From Octopus sinensis (Eukaryota): DNA of 64,000 nt. Location: contig NC_042998.1 in assembly GCF_006345805.1 (NCBI RefSeq), forward strand, positions 34,844,001 to 34,908,000, in the 5' to 3' direction. Below the pieces are notes generated by a model. It saw only the letters and a program-made list of their open reading frames with translations. It was not told the DNA's origin and ran no database searches. Below, in pieces: positions 39,871 through 53,195 of this stretch. Both the position numbers and the translations under genes were made by a program. Position 1 is the stretch's first letter. Every line of letters begins with the position of its first letter.

Positions 39871-40888
39871 CACATGGAAACATACATAAATACATACATA
39901 CATACATACATACATACATACATACATACATACATACATACATGCAAAAATACCCTGTTGTTGATGTTGAAATTCCAATGAAGGAGCCTCAGACCAAGTT
40001 TAAAAACCGGCTCTTTTTTTTTATTGGCAAGAAATCATGAAATAAAACTGATCAAAGAAATGGCGCCCTAAGAAACGGCGATACTACTATTTTAACACCA
40101 CGTCGAAACCGTACGGTCTGGTGGTCTCGGGGCTAAATTATTAAGGAGTTCCCTCCCTTCTTGCAACACATATCGTGTGCAGGAGGACTCCAGCTGGAGG
40201 AGGCGTCCTCCCGTTGTTAAAACTGCAATATTGTCAGTGTTAACTTTTATGTGTTTCTATGATACTAAACTGCTTTGTGTAAATGTTCCGTCTTTCTTGT
40301 GAGACAATCTAATATTTTTCTCAATGCATTTCTCTTTGTGAATTGAAATATTTTTGGTTGATGCGGCCCAAAACCATCACCATATACCTAAGTTACTATT
40401 GCTTGTTTATGGAAAGTTTCTCCTGATTACTTCGGTTTAAACATCGAAAATTGGTAGTCAATAAAAACAAAAGAAATACATTTCTTCAGTTCTTTCTCTA
40501 TACCGCCTTTTCTTATGGTAAGTCTGAACACCTGATTTCCTATTATAATTTTTAAATTCATTTTCATTCAAAATAATAAACATGTAGATAAACAAAATTC
40601 TAAACAAGTGTTTCGGTGTAAATGTATATCAGGTTTAGAAATAAGAAGTAATTTAATAAGTTTAAGAATTTTTTGAATACACCAAGCTTGTCGTGTGCAA
40701 GACAACAATAAGATCTAACAGCCCCACTCCAAAAGGCACTTTTATCACAGTCATACTGGTATTCATAAGTGCATTAATATACATACTCACACACTCACAC
40801 ACATACACACACACACACACAACACACACACACACACACACAACACACACACACACACCACACACACCACACACACACACACACACAC

Positions 40889-40935
<47 letters not shown>

Positions 40936-41100
40936 ATGCAATACGAGAGTATTGGTTTCCAGTAAAGAATATCGGTACTTCGTTGTGCCATATATTTACT
41001 TCTATATATATATATATATTATATATATATATAGTAATGCAATACGAGAGTATTGGTTTCCAGTAAAGAATATCGGTACTTCGTTGTGCCATATATTTAC

Positions 41101-41140
<40 letters not shown>

Positions 41141-41545
41141 TATAAAATTAATAAATAAAACATATGCATATATACATACATATATGTACGTACCTACCTC
41201 TACATGTATATATACATGCATATATGAGTACAGGACACAAAAAAACGTCGAATACAATGAGAAACGAAAACATAAACACAAAACCAAGGAACTGGACATT
41301 TTTCTTAAACAACTGAAAAATAGAGTACAGGACAAATAACACAAGGAAAATTTCCCTTCTTCAGTCGCCATCGTTTCATCTACTCTGCGTTTCGAAGGTG
41401 AAGGCGATACGCATCTTCGATAGAAACTTTCCTTTCCGCGAAAAGCAAACCAAATAAAATTTGAGATCTGAATGTATACACGTATATATATATACAGAGA
41501 GAGAGAGAGAGAGAGAGAGAAACAGAAAGACAGACAGACAGACAT

Positions 41546-41602
<57 letters not shown>

Positions 41603-41611
41603 CAAAGAGAC

Positions 41612-41718
<107 letters not shown>

Positions 41719-41789
41719 GCATGATGTGTGTATGAATGCATATATGTATATATGAAAGAAAAAGTTAAGCACGGACAGCAGCTATAACA

Positions 41790-43940
41790 AAGGAGATGAG
41801 ACAAACTATAGAAGAAGACTGATGAAGTGAACACTTATAGAAACACGGGAGGGCTTCACATCGTTAGTTCAAAAATAACTCTGCAAGCCACAACGCCGTA
41901 TGTGCAATACTTTATACGTCTAAGAACTATTATCAAATATGTCAACACGACAACAAAGCATTTGTAAGGCTGAACAAGCACCATGAGTCATTCGCAAGGA
42001 TCCAGTCTTTGTGGAAATGGAGGCAACTTAGACTTAAAACCAAGACGTAATAAAAGCGACGGAGATATTATATGGCTTAGAATTCTGGTGTGTGTTAAAA
42101 GAGGACAAGAATAATTCAATAATTTCCATAAATGGGGCATACATGCAACTGAAAACAGAATAATTGCTTCTTATAGTATAGGCATTACAAATGGAATATT
42201 CCAGGGAGATAAGCTTTTTGTACTTCTTTTCCTTTTGGCACTGAATCCATTATCGTTCCTGCTGCAAAAACAAATGGTTACATACTAGGATCTTCAACTG
42301 CCAGAAATATCAATGTAACTCATAATTTCTTTGTAGACGACCTGAAGATTTATGCTAAAAGTATTAACAATGCCAAAAACAACTGGAATTAATAACGGCA
42401 TTTTCACTTGATATAGGCGTGGAATTCGGCCAAAAGAAATGTTTATTTGGTTATAGAACGAAGAAAGTCAATCCCCCAAACCCAAAACCTGTGCATCAAC
42501 GGTCTCTCCATCTCCCCCATTCCACACAATGAATGTTACAAGTACCTAGGCATAGAAGAAAATGTCTCTTATGAAGGTACCGTGAATTAAGATAGAGTGA
42601 CCCGAGAATATTACACCAGACTTAGAAAAATACGGCAGTCGGAACTCTCCTCTTACAACAAAACTATATCCGACAATGCATTTGCACTATCAGTGCTGAT
42701 CCCAACATCTGGGATACTTGATTGGTCTGTCGAAGAAATCTACTCCAGAGATATCAAAAGCCGCAAAATCCTGACAACAACTGGGAACTTCCACAGAAAC
42801 AGTAATGTTGACAGGCTCTACCTAAGAAGAAATGAAGGTGTTAGGGGCCTGAGATCAGTGCAGATGGCCTTAGAATACCTTATGGTATCACTCAGGCAGC
42901 ACCTACTAAACAGCACATCACACTTTGAAGGCTATGTGTTTGCAATCCGGGAACAGGAAATTGCCACAAAGTACCTGGTGAACAAGCGAGACAGTGGCGC
43001 TCTTGTAATCACAAGGTGCAACCGCAGGTTTAGGCTATATCATGTTTCTGTGGAAGACGTCACGCTTGTGATTAGCAGCTGTCTTTAAAATACCTATTTC
43101 TTCATTACCCACAAGGGGCTAAACACAGAAGGGACAAACAAGGACAGACATAGGTATTAAGTCGATTACATCGACCCCAGTGCGTAACTGGTACTTAATT
43201 TATCGACCCCGAAAGGATGAAAGGCAAAGTCGACCTCGGCGGAATTTGAACTCACAACGTAACGCAGACGAAATACCGCTAAGCATTTCGCCCGGCGTGC
43301 TAACGTTTCTGCCAGCTCGCCGCCTTTTTTTTTAAATACCGTCACGGTACTACCTCCCTATGCGACACGATGTTGTTGCTAAAACAATTTACAATGCCAT
43401 CCGCAAAAAAGACTGTCTTAAAATAAACTTAGAAAATCCCTCTGTTATGGAATACGTTCACAAACACAAACTCAAGGAATACCGGTGGAATATTCCCATC
43501 AAATCGTCTGTCAAATGTAAACATAACAGGCCGGATATTTTTGTTTGGGACAGAGGAGCAAAGGTATGTACCATCATAGAGGCCAGCAGCCCTGACATAT
43601 AAATATCTCTTTGAAAATCAAAGAAACATTGGATATCTATGGACAACTGCTCCGAAACCTCCAGCTTCTATATCCAGGCTATGAATTCATATTCATACCA
43701 ATAATAATTGGAGCACTAGGTTTTGTTAGTAATTGCTTAAAGGAGAATCTGGATAAACTGGGATTTTCAGAAAGAGAAACTGACCGGCTAGTTCGTATAT
43801 TACAAGTGCAATCTTTGAGTGGAACAATAAAAAGTATGCAAGACTTTTCTCAAGTTACAAATGTGAATTTGTCTGTGTTAATTACACCTCAAAGATGGAG
43901 CCTTGTATCTTTGTTGGAAACTGGCTCCCACCTCAGTGAA
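41790..43940 (+). mobile_element. R4/Dong-clade non-LTR retrotransposon (RT plus restriction-like endonuclease), pseudogenised and internally deleted
   Basis: GIFQGD...LALNPLS, FFVDDLKIY, YKYLG, DRLYLRRNEG.RGL, FAIREQEI.TK, RHD, HNRPDI and PIIIGALG. Confidence 0.88.
43095..43324 (-). mobile_element. SINE family A, full length, inserted in the R4/Dong element
   Basis: Complete unit with a tttaaa(a)tacc duplication. Confidence 0.9.
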
Positions 43941-44009
43941 AGATTTATAATAATTTTTAAAAATAGAACAGACATACACGCACACATACATGCATGCAAA
44001 CAATCAAAC

Positions 44010-44170
44010 GAAACGGGCTACTTTCTGTTTCCGTCTACGAAATTCATTCACAAGACTTTGATCGCTTTAAGGCTATAACTGAAGACACTTGCTCAAGGTG
44101 CCACGTAGTGGGATTGTAGCCTGAACCATGTGGTTGAGAAGCAAACTTCTTATCACATATCTACGCTTGT
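44010..44170 (-). mobile_element. SINE family B 5' half
   Basis: Homologous to the family B head. Confidence 0.7.
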
Positions 44171-46276
44171 GCCTATATTTTGTCCTCAAAATAAATGATA
44201 TTGAGAGAGACATGGCTGAAATGTGTGTAAGATAGTTCTGGGGTTTCGGTTTCGTTACCGTTGTGATATATAATAAGAAATGAGACATTTTCGAAGGACG
44301 ACTTGAATGTGCAACATATAATTTTATTGAGCCGGTAAGGATTCACAACACTTCGGTTAATCATTTCTACATGGTTTTCACTCTACAATGACACTAGTAT
44401 TTCTTTTACCTGCAAGACGAACAATTTCTTTGTTTTTTATGAAGTAATCAAAGTCGATAACAACATGAAGGCTATCATCACCGTGTTACTACTACCATCT
44501 TCTCTGTTATAATGTATTAATACCTGATACCATTTCGTGTAAATAAGGTGCCAACATAGTTCCAGTATAACTTCGTGAACCACGAGAATCTATGTACGAA
44601 CAAATACCTTTAATACAACCAAAACTTAAAACACGTATTTCTTAACAGATACTGGTTAAATAATCTTCCAACTCACACGAATCCTACTTTTAACAAATGG
44701 AAATGCTTTTAAGCCATTATCTAAACTGTAATATACCAAGCTTTTAAGGCCCTCTTAATGGCATCAAAACTAATTGATTTTACTTTACGTATTATACAGA
44801 TATGTAGATATAAGCGTCCATGTCGACTAAGAATAAAGGCCAGGTAAAAGTAAATACCTCAAAACTTACTCTATGCTCAAGTCAATATTTACTCTATGTG
44901 TAAAGTTATTTCATTTCTCCATCATATTCTGTGATTGCATCAACTTTTGTTGATATATTTCGAAAATCTGTATTATTAATTTGACATATTTCGTTGTCTT
45001 CCTTTTGAAGTTAAACATCAGCCGAATTTCCTATGTTCTATGCCGTTCTGCATTTTACATTGAAGAGTTAATTATTTCAATTACCAGCCTGTCTACAGAA
45101 CTGAAGTTCCAGTTACTCAAAGCGCGGCCTATTTCATGTTGGCTTTTGTGTGGAAAATAATGATCCTGCTGTGAGTAGTTTCTATAATTAATTTAACTTT
45201 ATCATTTCTGCTCATTAATTTATTTGATCTGCTTAATTATGACAGCCTTTAATTTCAGCCGTTTTGTGTGGGGAGGTCTTTAAAATAGGGGTAGGATAAC
45301 GGCAAACCAAACTCGCGACAAAGTTTCGTTTTGTTTTTTTTTCTGGAGTAACTTCATTTCACCAATATTAATAATGTGATTGAAATATATTAGCGATATC
45401 ATTGAGAAAGATCTACACATTGCAATTCTTTCCAACACAACATAATTTACAGGGTAAAGTTCTGAATGGTCCTGTTTACATCTTTCATGACCGCAGGAAC
45501 TCTTATATTTAACTCTACGTTCTAATGGATTAATAGACTGAAATGCTCCACCTGCTTGCAGTAATAGATGGTATATGCTCAATGATACCTTTACACGTGA
45601 ATTAGGTTAGTGTACCCTAGTTCTGTGCACGACAAGGGCGTGGTTAACAAAGAATAGCCGACGGATTATTGTCGCTAACACAACGACTTGCCAACAAAGC
45701 CTGTTGCGATATTCTATAACCAAAGAAGAAACAACCATTTGTGTGCTTTCATTAATGCATTATACTGTATCGAATGGTTTATTAAATTATGAATGAAGGC
45801 GACATCTGCCGGGAGGAAATGAAATCATCTAAAATCTCACCCATAGTTCTAAATTACTTGAGTAATATATGAATATTTTATTAGTTGGATGCCCGTGCGA
45901 AATGTGATTTGAGTTTAATGACTGCTGCGTGGATAATTGGGAAGATTAAGGCTAGATGCGGTACTTTTGCAACTTTTCATATTATTGTATATTCTGAGAA
46001 GTAGATTAGAAGTTATTAGCGAAAAATATTTAACATGAAATGTTCAGACTAACGTTGGACTAAAAAAAGATATCAATCAAAAAAGTATTCACTGAATATC
46101 TATTCACTCGCAAGTTTGCTAACAGAGTTGACTGTTAAGTAAATTAACAAATTAGACGTATTTCAGCAGTTAATACCTTTAACTCTGGCGGATTACTTCG
46201 CTAGAGACTCTTCCTGTTATCCCAGTTCAAAACAAAATAATTAAATAAAAGCTATGAAAAAAAAAAATTCAATATA

Positions 46277-46495
46277 TTCTTTTCTACATTAGGCACAAGG
46301 TTCGAAATTTTTTTTGGGGTGGAGGGAGCAGTCAATTAGAACGACCCTAGTACACAACAACTACTTAATTTATCGACCCCGAAAGGATGAAGGGCAAAGT
46401 CAACCTCAGTGGAATTCGAACTCAGAATGTGGAGACAGATGAAATATGATAAGCATTTCGCCCGGAGGGATAACGTTTCTGCCAGCTCACTGCCT
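46277..46495 (-). mobile_element. SINE family A, older tail type
   Basis: Diverged full unit. Confidence 0.8.
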
Positions 46496-46667
46496 GCCCT
46501 TTAATGTATTAATTATATAGAATATAAGAATATTTTTGCCTCCATACTTGAAAAAATTGAATAAAGTGATTTTGATAATGCCTGTCCAAGGCAAAAATAG
46601 AAATAAAATTTTAGAGCGTATGCGCACTCGAGCGAGTGTGTGGTGACATACTTGAACGTGTGTATAT

Positions 46668-47518
46668 TCAGGGTGCGATGGGTGAATTGTCGACATTTTA
46701 TATTTTCAATTTCGCGCATGCATTTTAGGACCATTTGTGCACCATCTGTGAGAAAAACAGCACCATAGAGTAATTCACTCAGCTATAAATTTGTAAAAGA
46801 CATGCTGTACTGCTTGGCATTCACGCCAGAGGCTCCAATACAAACATTTCAGAGTGTTTGGGTGTCAATCAATCTAAGGAGAGCTTATGTACCGAGAATG
46901 CTAAAAAATCAAACATCCAGTCAATATCATGGTGTTTGGAGTGATCACTAGTGATGGCGACGTTATGCGTCCATCAATCTTCCCACACGGTTTCAGACTC
47001 AACATGGACGCCTACAGCAAAGTGTCCGGAGAAGGTAGCGCTGCCCTGGGCGAAGAGGGTGGCTGCTGGGAGATTCTATGTCTAGCAACTGGACTCTGCA
47101 CCATACCACACAAGCAGGAGAACCCAGTCATAGCTGTCAGACAATTTCTACGACCACATCATCCCTAAAATCTGGCCATCTAACTCCCCACACTAGGATC
47201 CCCTTCATTATTATGTGTGGGGCGCAGCTGAGCGAGAGACCAACAAAACACCTTCTAACACCAAAGATGAACTGAAGCCAAGGATTATGGCAGCATTCAC
47301 CGACTTAAACAAGGAGACGGTCCAGAAGAGTTGCAGGAGATTCCGAAGTCATCTGGAGGCCGTGGCTGAAGCCTATGACGATTTTATTGGATAAATTTAC
47401 TCTTTAGTATTTCAAGATTTTTCTATGTAATTTTGGTAAATATATCTGTTAAATTGAGATGCCAGTGTTATTTTCATTTTTGCATAATTTAAACGACAAT
47501 TTATTCACCTCACCCAGT
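46668..47518 (+). mobile_element. Internally deleted DD37D/maT-like transposon
   Basis: TIRs cagggtgcgatgggtgaattgtcg / cgacaatttattcacctcacccag. Motifs MVFGVITSDG, QLDSAPYHT and IWPSNSP..DPLHYYVWG. Confidence 0.8.
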
Positions 47519-47621
47519 ATCTGTGTATGTGTGCATTTATGTATGCATGTATGTATATAAGTATTTACACACGAACATTATTTACATTTGACGGATATTT
47601 GTCCTCATCTTCTTTGTTGTT

Positions 47622-47666
47622 AACACAACGTTTCGGCTGATATACTCTCCAGCCTTCATCAGGTGT
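47622..47666 (-). ncRNA. Minimal type-I hammerhead ribozyme
   Basis: acac-CTGATGA-A-GGCTGG-agagtata-TCAGCC-GAAA-CG-TT-gtgt. Confidence 0.75.
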
Positions 47667-47719
47667 ATTGGGGAAATTTCGAACCTGGGTTCTCATTCCT
47701 AAAGTATTTTTCAATGTTG

Positions 47720-47779
<60 letters not shown>

Positions 47780-47853
47780 TCACTGCATATGGCGTAGTGG
47801 TTAAGAGCGCGGGCTACTAACCCCAAGATTCCGAGTTCGATTCTAAGCACTGA

Positions 47854-47888
<35 letters not shown>

Positions 47889-47985
47889 TAATAATAATAA
47901 TAATAATGATAATAATAATAATAATAATAATAATAATATCGAAAAATACCTTAGGAATGAGAACCCAGGTTCGAAATTTCCCCAA

Positions 47986-48031
47986 GACACCTGATGAAGG
48001 CTGGAGGGTATATCAGCCGAAACGTTGTGTT
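47986..48031 (+). ncRNA. Minimal type-I hammerhead ribozyme
   Basis: gacac-CTGATGA-A-GGCTGG-agggtata-TCAGCC-GAAA-CG-TT-gtgtt. Stem III is palindromic AACGTT. Confidence 0.78.
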
Positions 48032-48720
48032 AACAACAAGCAAGATGAGGACAAATATCCGTCAAATGTAAATAATGTACATAATTCCTCATCTGTTCAA
48101 TATAGAAGTGTCTTTACACTTGAAGTTTAAAAAAAAAGCCGAGCATAAAATATTCCCTGCTATATTCTGAATTTCAGAATAGTAACATGAATAAAATAGA
48201 AATAGAATTTAAACAGAAGTGACAGTGTGTGTATGTGTAGGGAAATGTGGCTGCGTATATGTGTTCCTTGATATTTATACAGAATGTCGTCGTATTTATG
48301 TACAGACTGGAAAATAACGTATTTTCTCAATGTGCTTTGTTTTCTTTTTCTTATTTTTGCTTGTTTAAATCCAGGCGCTAGGCATTGCTTATGACACTTT
48401 ATGAAGCCTCGAAACCTTGGAGCAGAAAGGGAGAAAAGTATCTTTGAACAAGTTATTTTGCATGTTATTTTGCCCTTATACTTGCCAGGGAATGGTCTCC
48501 GAAAAAGTCACCAAAAGATCTTCCAGAGAGTACGGTAGCATTTAATTCCGAAATGAAAGAACTAGAACAAATACCGCAAGGCACTCAGTCCAACATTTTT
48601 ACAGTCCCACGAATCCACCGCCCTTGATTGGTAAGTTTTATGATCGATCTTGAAAGATAAAATCCAAAGTTGGCTTCCGTGGAATTTGAAACCAGAGTAC
48701 AGAGAAGCAAAATACATACC

Positions 48721-48952
48721 TATTTCTTTACTACCCACAAGGGGCTAAACACAGAGAGGACAAACAAGGACAGACAAACGGATTAAGTCGATTATATCGA
48801 CTCCAGTGCGTAACTAGTACTTATTTAATCGACCCCGAAAGGATGAAAGGCAAAGTCGACCTCGGCGGAATTTTGAACTCAGAACGAAGCGGCAGACGAA
48901 ATACCGCTAAGCATTTCGACCGGCGTGCTAACGATTCTGCAAGCTCGCCGCC
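48721..48952 (-). mobile_element. SINE family A, full length with 17-bp TSD, nested in an old SINE A relic
   Basis: TSD gaagcaaaatacatacc at 48704-48720 and 48957-48973. Confidence 0.9.
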
Positions 48953-49957
48953 TTACGAAGCAAAATACATACCGTGAGGATTTCTAGCGGAACTTTATAC
49001 ATCTCTGTCAACGCGATGCTCTTTTATTCTGCTTTTCAAATGGAGGGAACTAGCTACTCTTATGAACTTTAACTGCATAAGTCTAAAGAAATCAAGCTAC
49101 CGTTATTCCATTTTGTTCCTCTGTAGTTGTATTTTTTGAATTGAATGTCGTTTAACGTAACGATTTACGTATTTAAATTTGATCATTCATAGAATTAAAA
49201 AGAATCAGAAAAAAAACCGCAGCGGGAAAGAATGTCGAGGTTGAAAATATTTCCCTAAAACAATGCGGTGATATAAGTACGTTAAAGTATTTTCTATTTA
49301 TACAAACTGAATTTACTCACGAAATCTTAAAAAAAAATAGTAAGATATCAAACTGCTTGTAGTTATACTATATCCGAAGTATTAAACACTATATACAAAT
49401 TGATAAATCAAAACGCCACTGTTGTTAACCACATGAAAAAAAATGAAAAAAAAAAAGAACTTTCCGTATAACTAGAACAGAGATTGGCATTATTCAGAAA
49501 ATATATATCATTAACCAATGAGTTCAGTCTGCTGTAAACTAGTCAATAAATGTATTGCGGTAGAAATAATTTCCAGCTGTTATATAGTGAACTATTCAAT
49601 AAAATTTGTTATGACAAACTGCGAAAGAACAGAATGGCAATCGCAATAAGTTTTCGTCTATTTAACCCTGATATATTTGACATTTGGTGGCACATAAAAC
49701 ACAGAAAAACCAATTAGATAATTGAGAGTCTATCAAATATATAATATATCTACTACGATATATAAATGGTAAAGTGCAATGAACACAGTTCAGTAATCTT
49801 TATGTATATAACATAAGAATGAACAATTCTATTGTATGATTCCTAAGAATATTACCCAATGATAAGCGGAATATGCGCCATTTCACGAGCGTAGGTGAAT
49901 GATGCGTCCCCTCCCCCATACACATATTATAAATATATGTACATACAAACAATAGGT

Positions 49958-50060
49958 ATGTGTGTGTGTGTGTATGTATATATATATATATGTATATATA
50001 TAATATATATATATATGTGTGTGTATATATATATATAATGTATATATATATATAGATATG

Positions 50061-50114
<54 letters not shown>

Positions 50115-50140
50115 TTATATATATATGATATATATATATA

Positions 50141-50186
<46 letters not shown>

Positions 50187-50200
50187 TATAGATATATATG

Positions 50201-50237
<37 letters not shown>

Positions 50238-50254
50238 GTATATATATATATATG

Positions 50255-50315
<61 letters not shown>

Positions 50316-50499
50316 GTATATATATATATATATAATATGTATATATATATATATATAATATATATATGTATATATTATATATATATATATATATATGTAT
50401 TATATATATATATATATATGTATTATATATATATATATATAGATATATATATATATATATAATATATATATGTATATATATATATATATATATTATATG

Positions 50500-50552
<53 letters not shown>

Positions 50553-50559
50553 ATATATA

Positions 50560-50592
<33 letters not shown>

Positions 50593-50595
50593 ATA
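49958..50595. repeat. Long (TA)n-rich microsatellite
   Basis: ~640 bp of imperfect TA repeat. Dozens of shorter TA, CA, GA, TACA, TAGA and ATT tracts occur throughout the window. Confidence 0.95.
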
Positions 50596-50596
50596 G

Positions 50597-50867
50597 GGCG
50601 GCGAGCTGGCAGAATCGATAGCAGCCGGGTGTCGACCTCGACAGAATTTGAACTCAGAACATAAAGACAGACGAAATACCGTTAAGCATTTCGTCTGTCT
50701 TTACGTTCTGAGTTCAAATTCCACCGAGGTCGACTTTGCCTTTCATTCTTTCGGGGTCGATTAAATAAGTACCAGTTACGCACTGCGGTCGATGTAATCG
50801 TCTAAATCCCTTTGTCTGTTCTTGTTTGTCCCCTCTATGTTTGGCCCCTTGTGGGCAATACAGAAAT
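50597..50867 (+). mobile_element. SINE family A with internal fold-back inversion
   Basis: Head, then an inverted body segment (50632-50690), then the normal body. Confidence 0.8.
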
Positions 50868-50957
50868 ATATACATATAAATGTATGCCTGTATATGAGAT
50901 ACATATATTGACGTCGTTCATTCTCCCTATGTGTGTTTGTGTGTGTACATATAATTT

Positions 50958-51272
50958 ATGGGAAGGAACGTGACTCAACGGTTATGGTATTCGGCTTCCG
51001 ACTGTGCATTCGATTTCTGGTGATGCGTGGTGTCCTTGAGCAAGACACTTCATTGCATGTTGCACCAGTCCACTCAGCTGGCAAAAATGAGTTGCACCCG
51101 TAATTCAAAGGCCCAGCTTCGTCGCATCTTGTGTCACACAGAATCTCCCTGAGAACTACGTTATGGGTAAACATGGCTTGGGAGTTATTTGTACGTTGCT
51201 TTCCTGAACAGGTCATTCCGCTGATCAGATCAACTAGGACAGCCATCGTCGTAACCGATGGAGTGCCACTGC
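50958..51272 (+). mobile_element. SINE family C, diverged
   Basis: tgtccttgagcaagacac core, with body shared with 13530-13870. Confidence 0.7.
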
Positions 51273-51592
51273 AGTGTGTGCGTATGTCAGTGTGTATGTG
51301 TGTGTGTGACTGTGTGTATATATATATATAAGTGTGTGTATGTGTGTATGTGTTTGTGCGCTTGTATTTATGCATCGATGTATATTCAGTTCAGAGTGCA
51401 CACGTATATTACAGATGGACAAACAGAGACTAACAATAAAGTTCTAAGAAATAATATAAATGCTAGTAAAAAAAACAAACACCTATAAATCGTTACCTGT
51501 TCGGTTGACAGAACGAGAAAACAATATCGATGTGCGTGGATGTGGGTATGGGTGTGGGTGTATACACACACACACACGCACACGCGCACACA

Positions 51593-51642
<50 letters not shown>

Positions 51643-51953
51643 TGTCTTCTTGTTCGGTCAATTTATATACGTGTATATATTTATATTCAGTTCAGAGTGC
51701 CACCTACATACCGATGGACAAGCAGAAACTTTTGTTTTACATGGACTGCAGGCAAGCTTGAGCACTGTGTTACAAGGTTAGTCAAACAAATGAACCCCAT
51801 TATATATTTCAAGTCTGGTAATTATTCCATTTTTTATCTTTTGCCGAGATTTTGCTAAGTGTTGGTATGTAAGCAAACCCTCGTCTGTTGTAAAACGGTG
51901 GGAGAAAACTTTAACATACACACTCAAAGAAAAGTACATATTTCTATCTCTCG

Positions 51954-51986
<33 letters not shown>

Positions 51987-52511
51987 CATATATGTATATA
52001 TACAAGAGGAGTTTCTTGCAGTATCTCCTCTAAAAATTTACTCAGAAGTCATTGCTTGGTCCGGAGCTATGGTAGAAGACACTTGCCAAAAGATCTACAT
52101 AGTAGTAGAACTGAAGCGAAAACCAGGTGGTTGCATAGAAACATTGAATTATATTAAAATAAAGGATTTACCCTGTCTAATGGAAGATGTAAGCCAGAAT
52201 AAAGCAGAGAACACAAAAAACAATAAAAATTATAGATTTACCTCCCCTTTACTGCAAAATAAATGAGGGAACAATTATCTTCTGTAGCAATATTTTTCTT
52301 CCCTGGCTATTTATCTCTTTCAACTCTCAGTTTGATGAGCAACATGAAACCGGTCTTTACTTCGATTATCTTGAAAGAACAAAACCTTTTGTACAAAATT
52401 GTATAATAACTTTATTATCATGGCTCTAATATACTCATAAATCTTGTAAAACAAACCGTCTGTATTTTTTCAGCTTATCTCTGTTCCTCTCTGTCTCTCT
52501 CTCTGTTTCTC

Positions 52512-52594
<83 letters not shown>

Positions 52595-52784
52595 AACGGA
52601 AAATGGAGAAGTACTGATTAACACCAATTGTCTTACATCAATTATTATTTATTAATTATTTATTTATCTTATATATATAAATTCGATTAGAGGTTGTTAG
52701 CCTCATGAAGGAATGGTGTCATCCAAAGAAATACTGGTTCAATACCTATTATTTGAGGGGAATTGATTTCCGTAAAATAATAGG

Positions 52785-53195
52785 TTTGTACATAAAAACA
52801 TATAGTTTATATTCATATAAAAGAAAAAAAAAGAAAATGGTATTTGGGAAGTTAATAATTGTTTATCACTAACAACAAAATTGGTCATCATCCTTTACAG
52901 CCGTTTCAATGAATACCCGGTAAATTAATTATTGGATCATTCAGTTTACTATAATGAATCCATAAACATATATATAAAGCATCCAAGGGTATATTTTCCC
53001 CTCTGAAGATATTATCGAAAGGGCATATGGATTTAGTAGTCAATTTATTTCAGTTAATACTAAGTATTAATTGAAACAGCTGTAAGGGATGATAATTGAT
53101 TTGTTGTTAATAATAAACAATTATCAACATTCCAATTTCCATTTTCTTTTTCTTATATATATATATAAACACATAAACATAAGTTATTAAATACA
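52785..53195. mobile_element. Inverted repeat with long-stem-II hammerhead (52999-53088)
   Basis: ccct-CTGAAGA-(63 nt)-GAAA-CAGCTG-TA-aggg. Inverted partial copy at ~52785-52915. Confidence 0.6.

Larger units (their letters stand above)
47575..48078. mobile_element. Palindromic element: tRNA-like head, (AAT)n and hammerhead, with an upstream inverted copy
   Basis: Arms 47575-47786 and 47847-48078. A and B boxes in the spacer. Confidence 0.8.

Noticed and set aside
40931-41105. ~100-bp exact tandem duplication between TA tracts
   Set aside because: Most simply slippage or an assembly artefact; no supportable motif.
44411-44490. Possible minus-strand exon (HGDDSLHVVIDFDYFIKNKEIVRLA then GT donor)
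   Set aside because: In-frame stops immediately upstream and no good acceptor.
47785-47850. tRNA gene
   Set aside because: A and B boxes are present but the acceptor stem is not convincing and there is no T-run terminator. Treated as a SINE head, as are the heads of families A-C.
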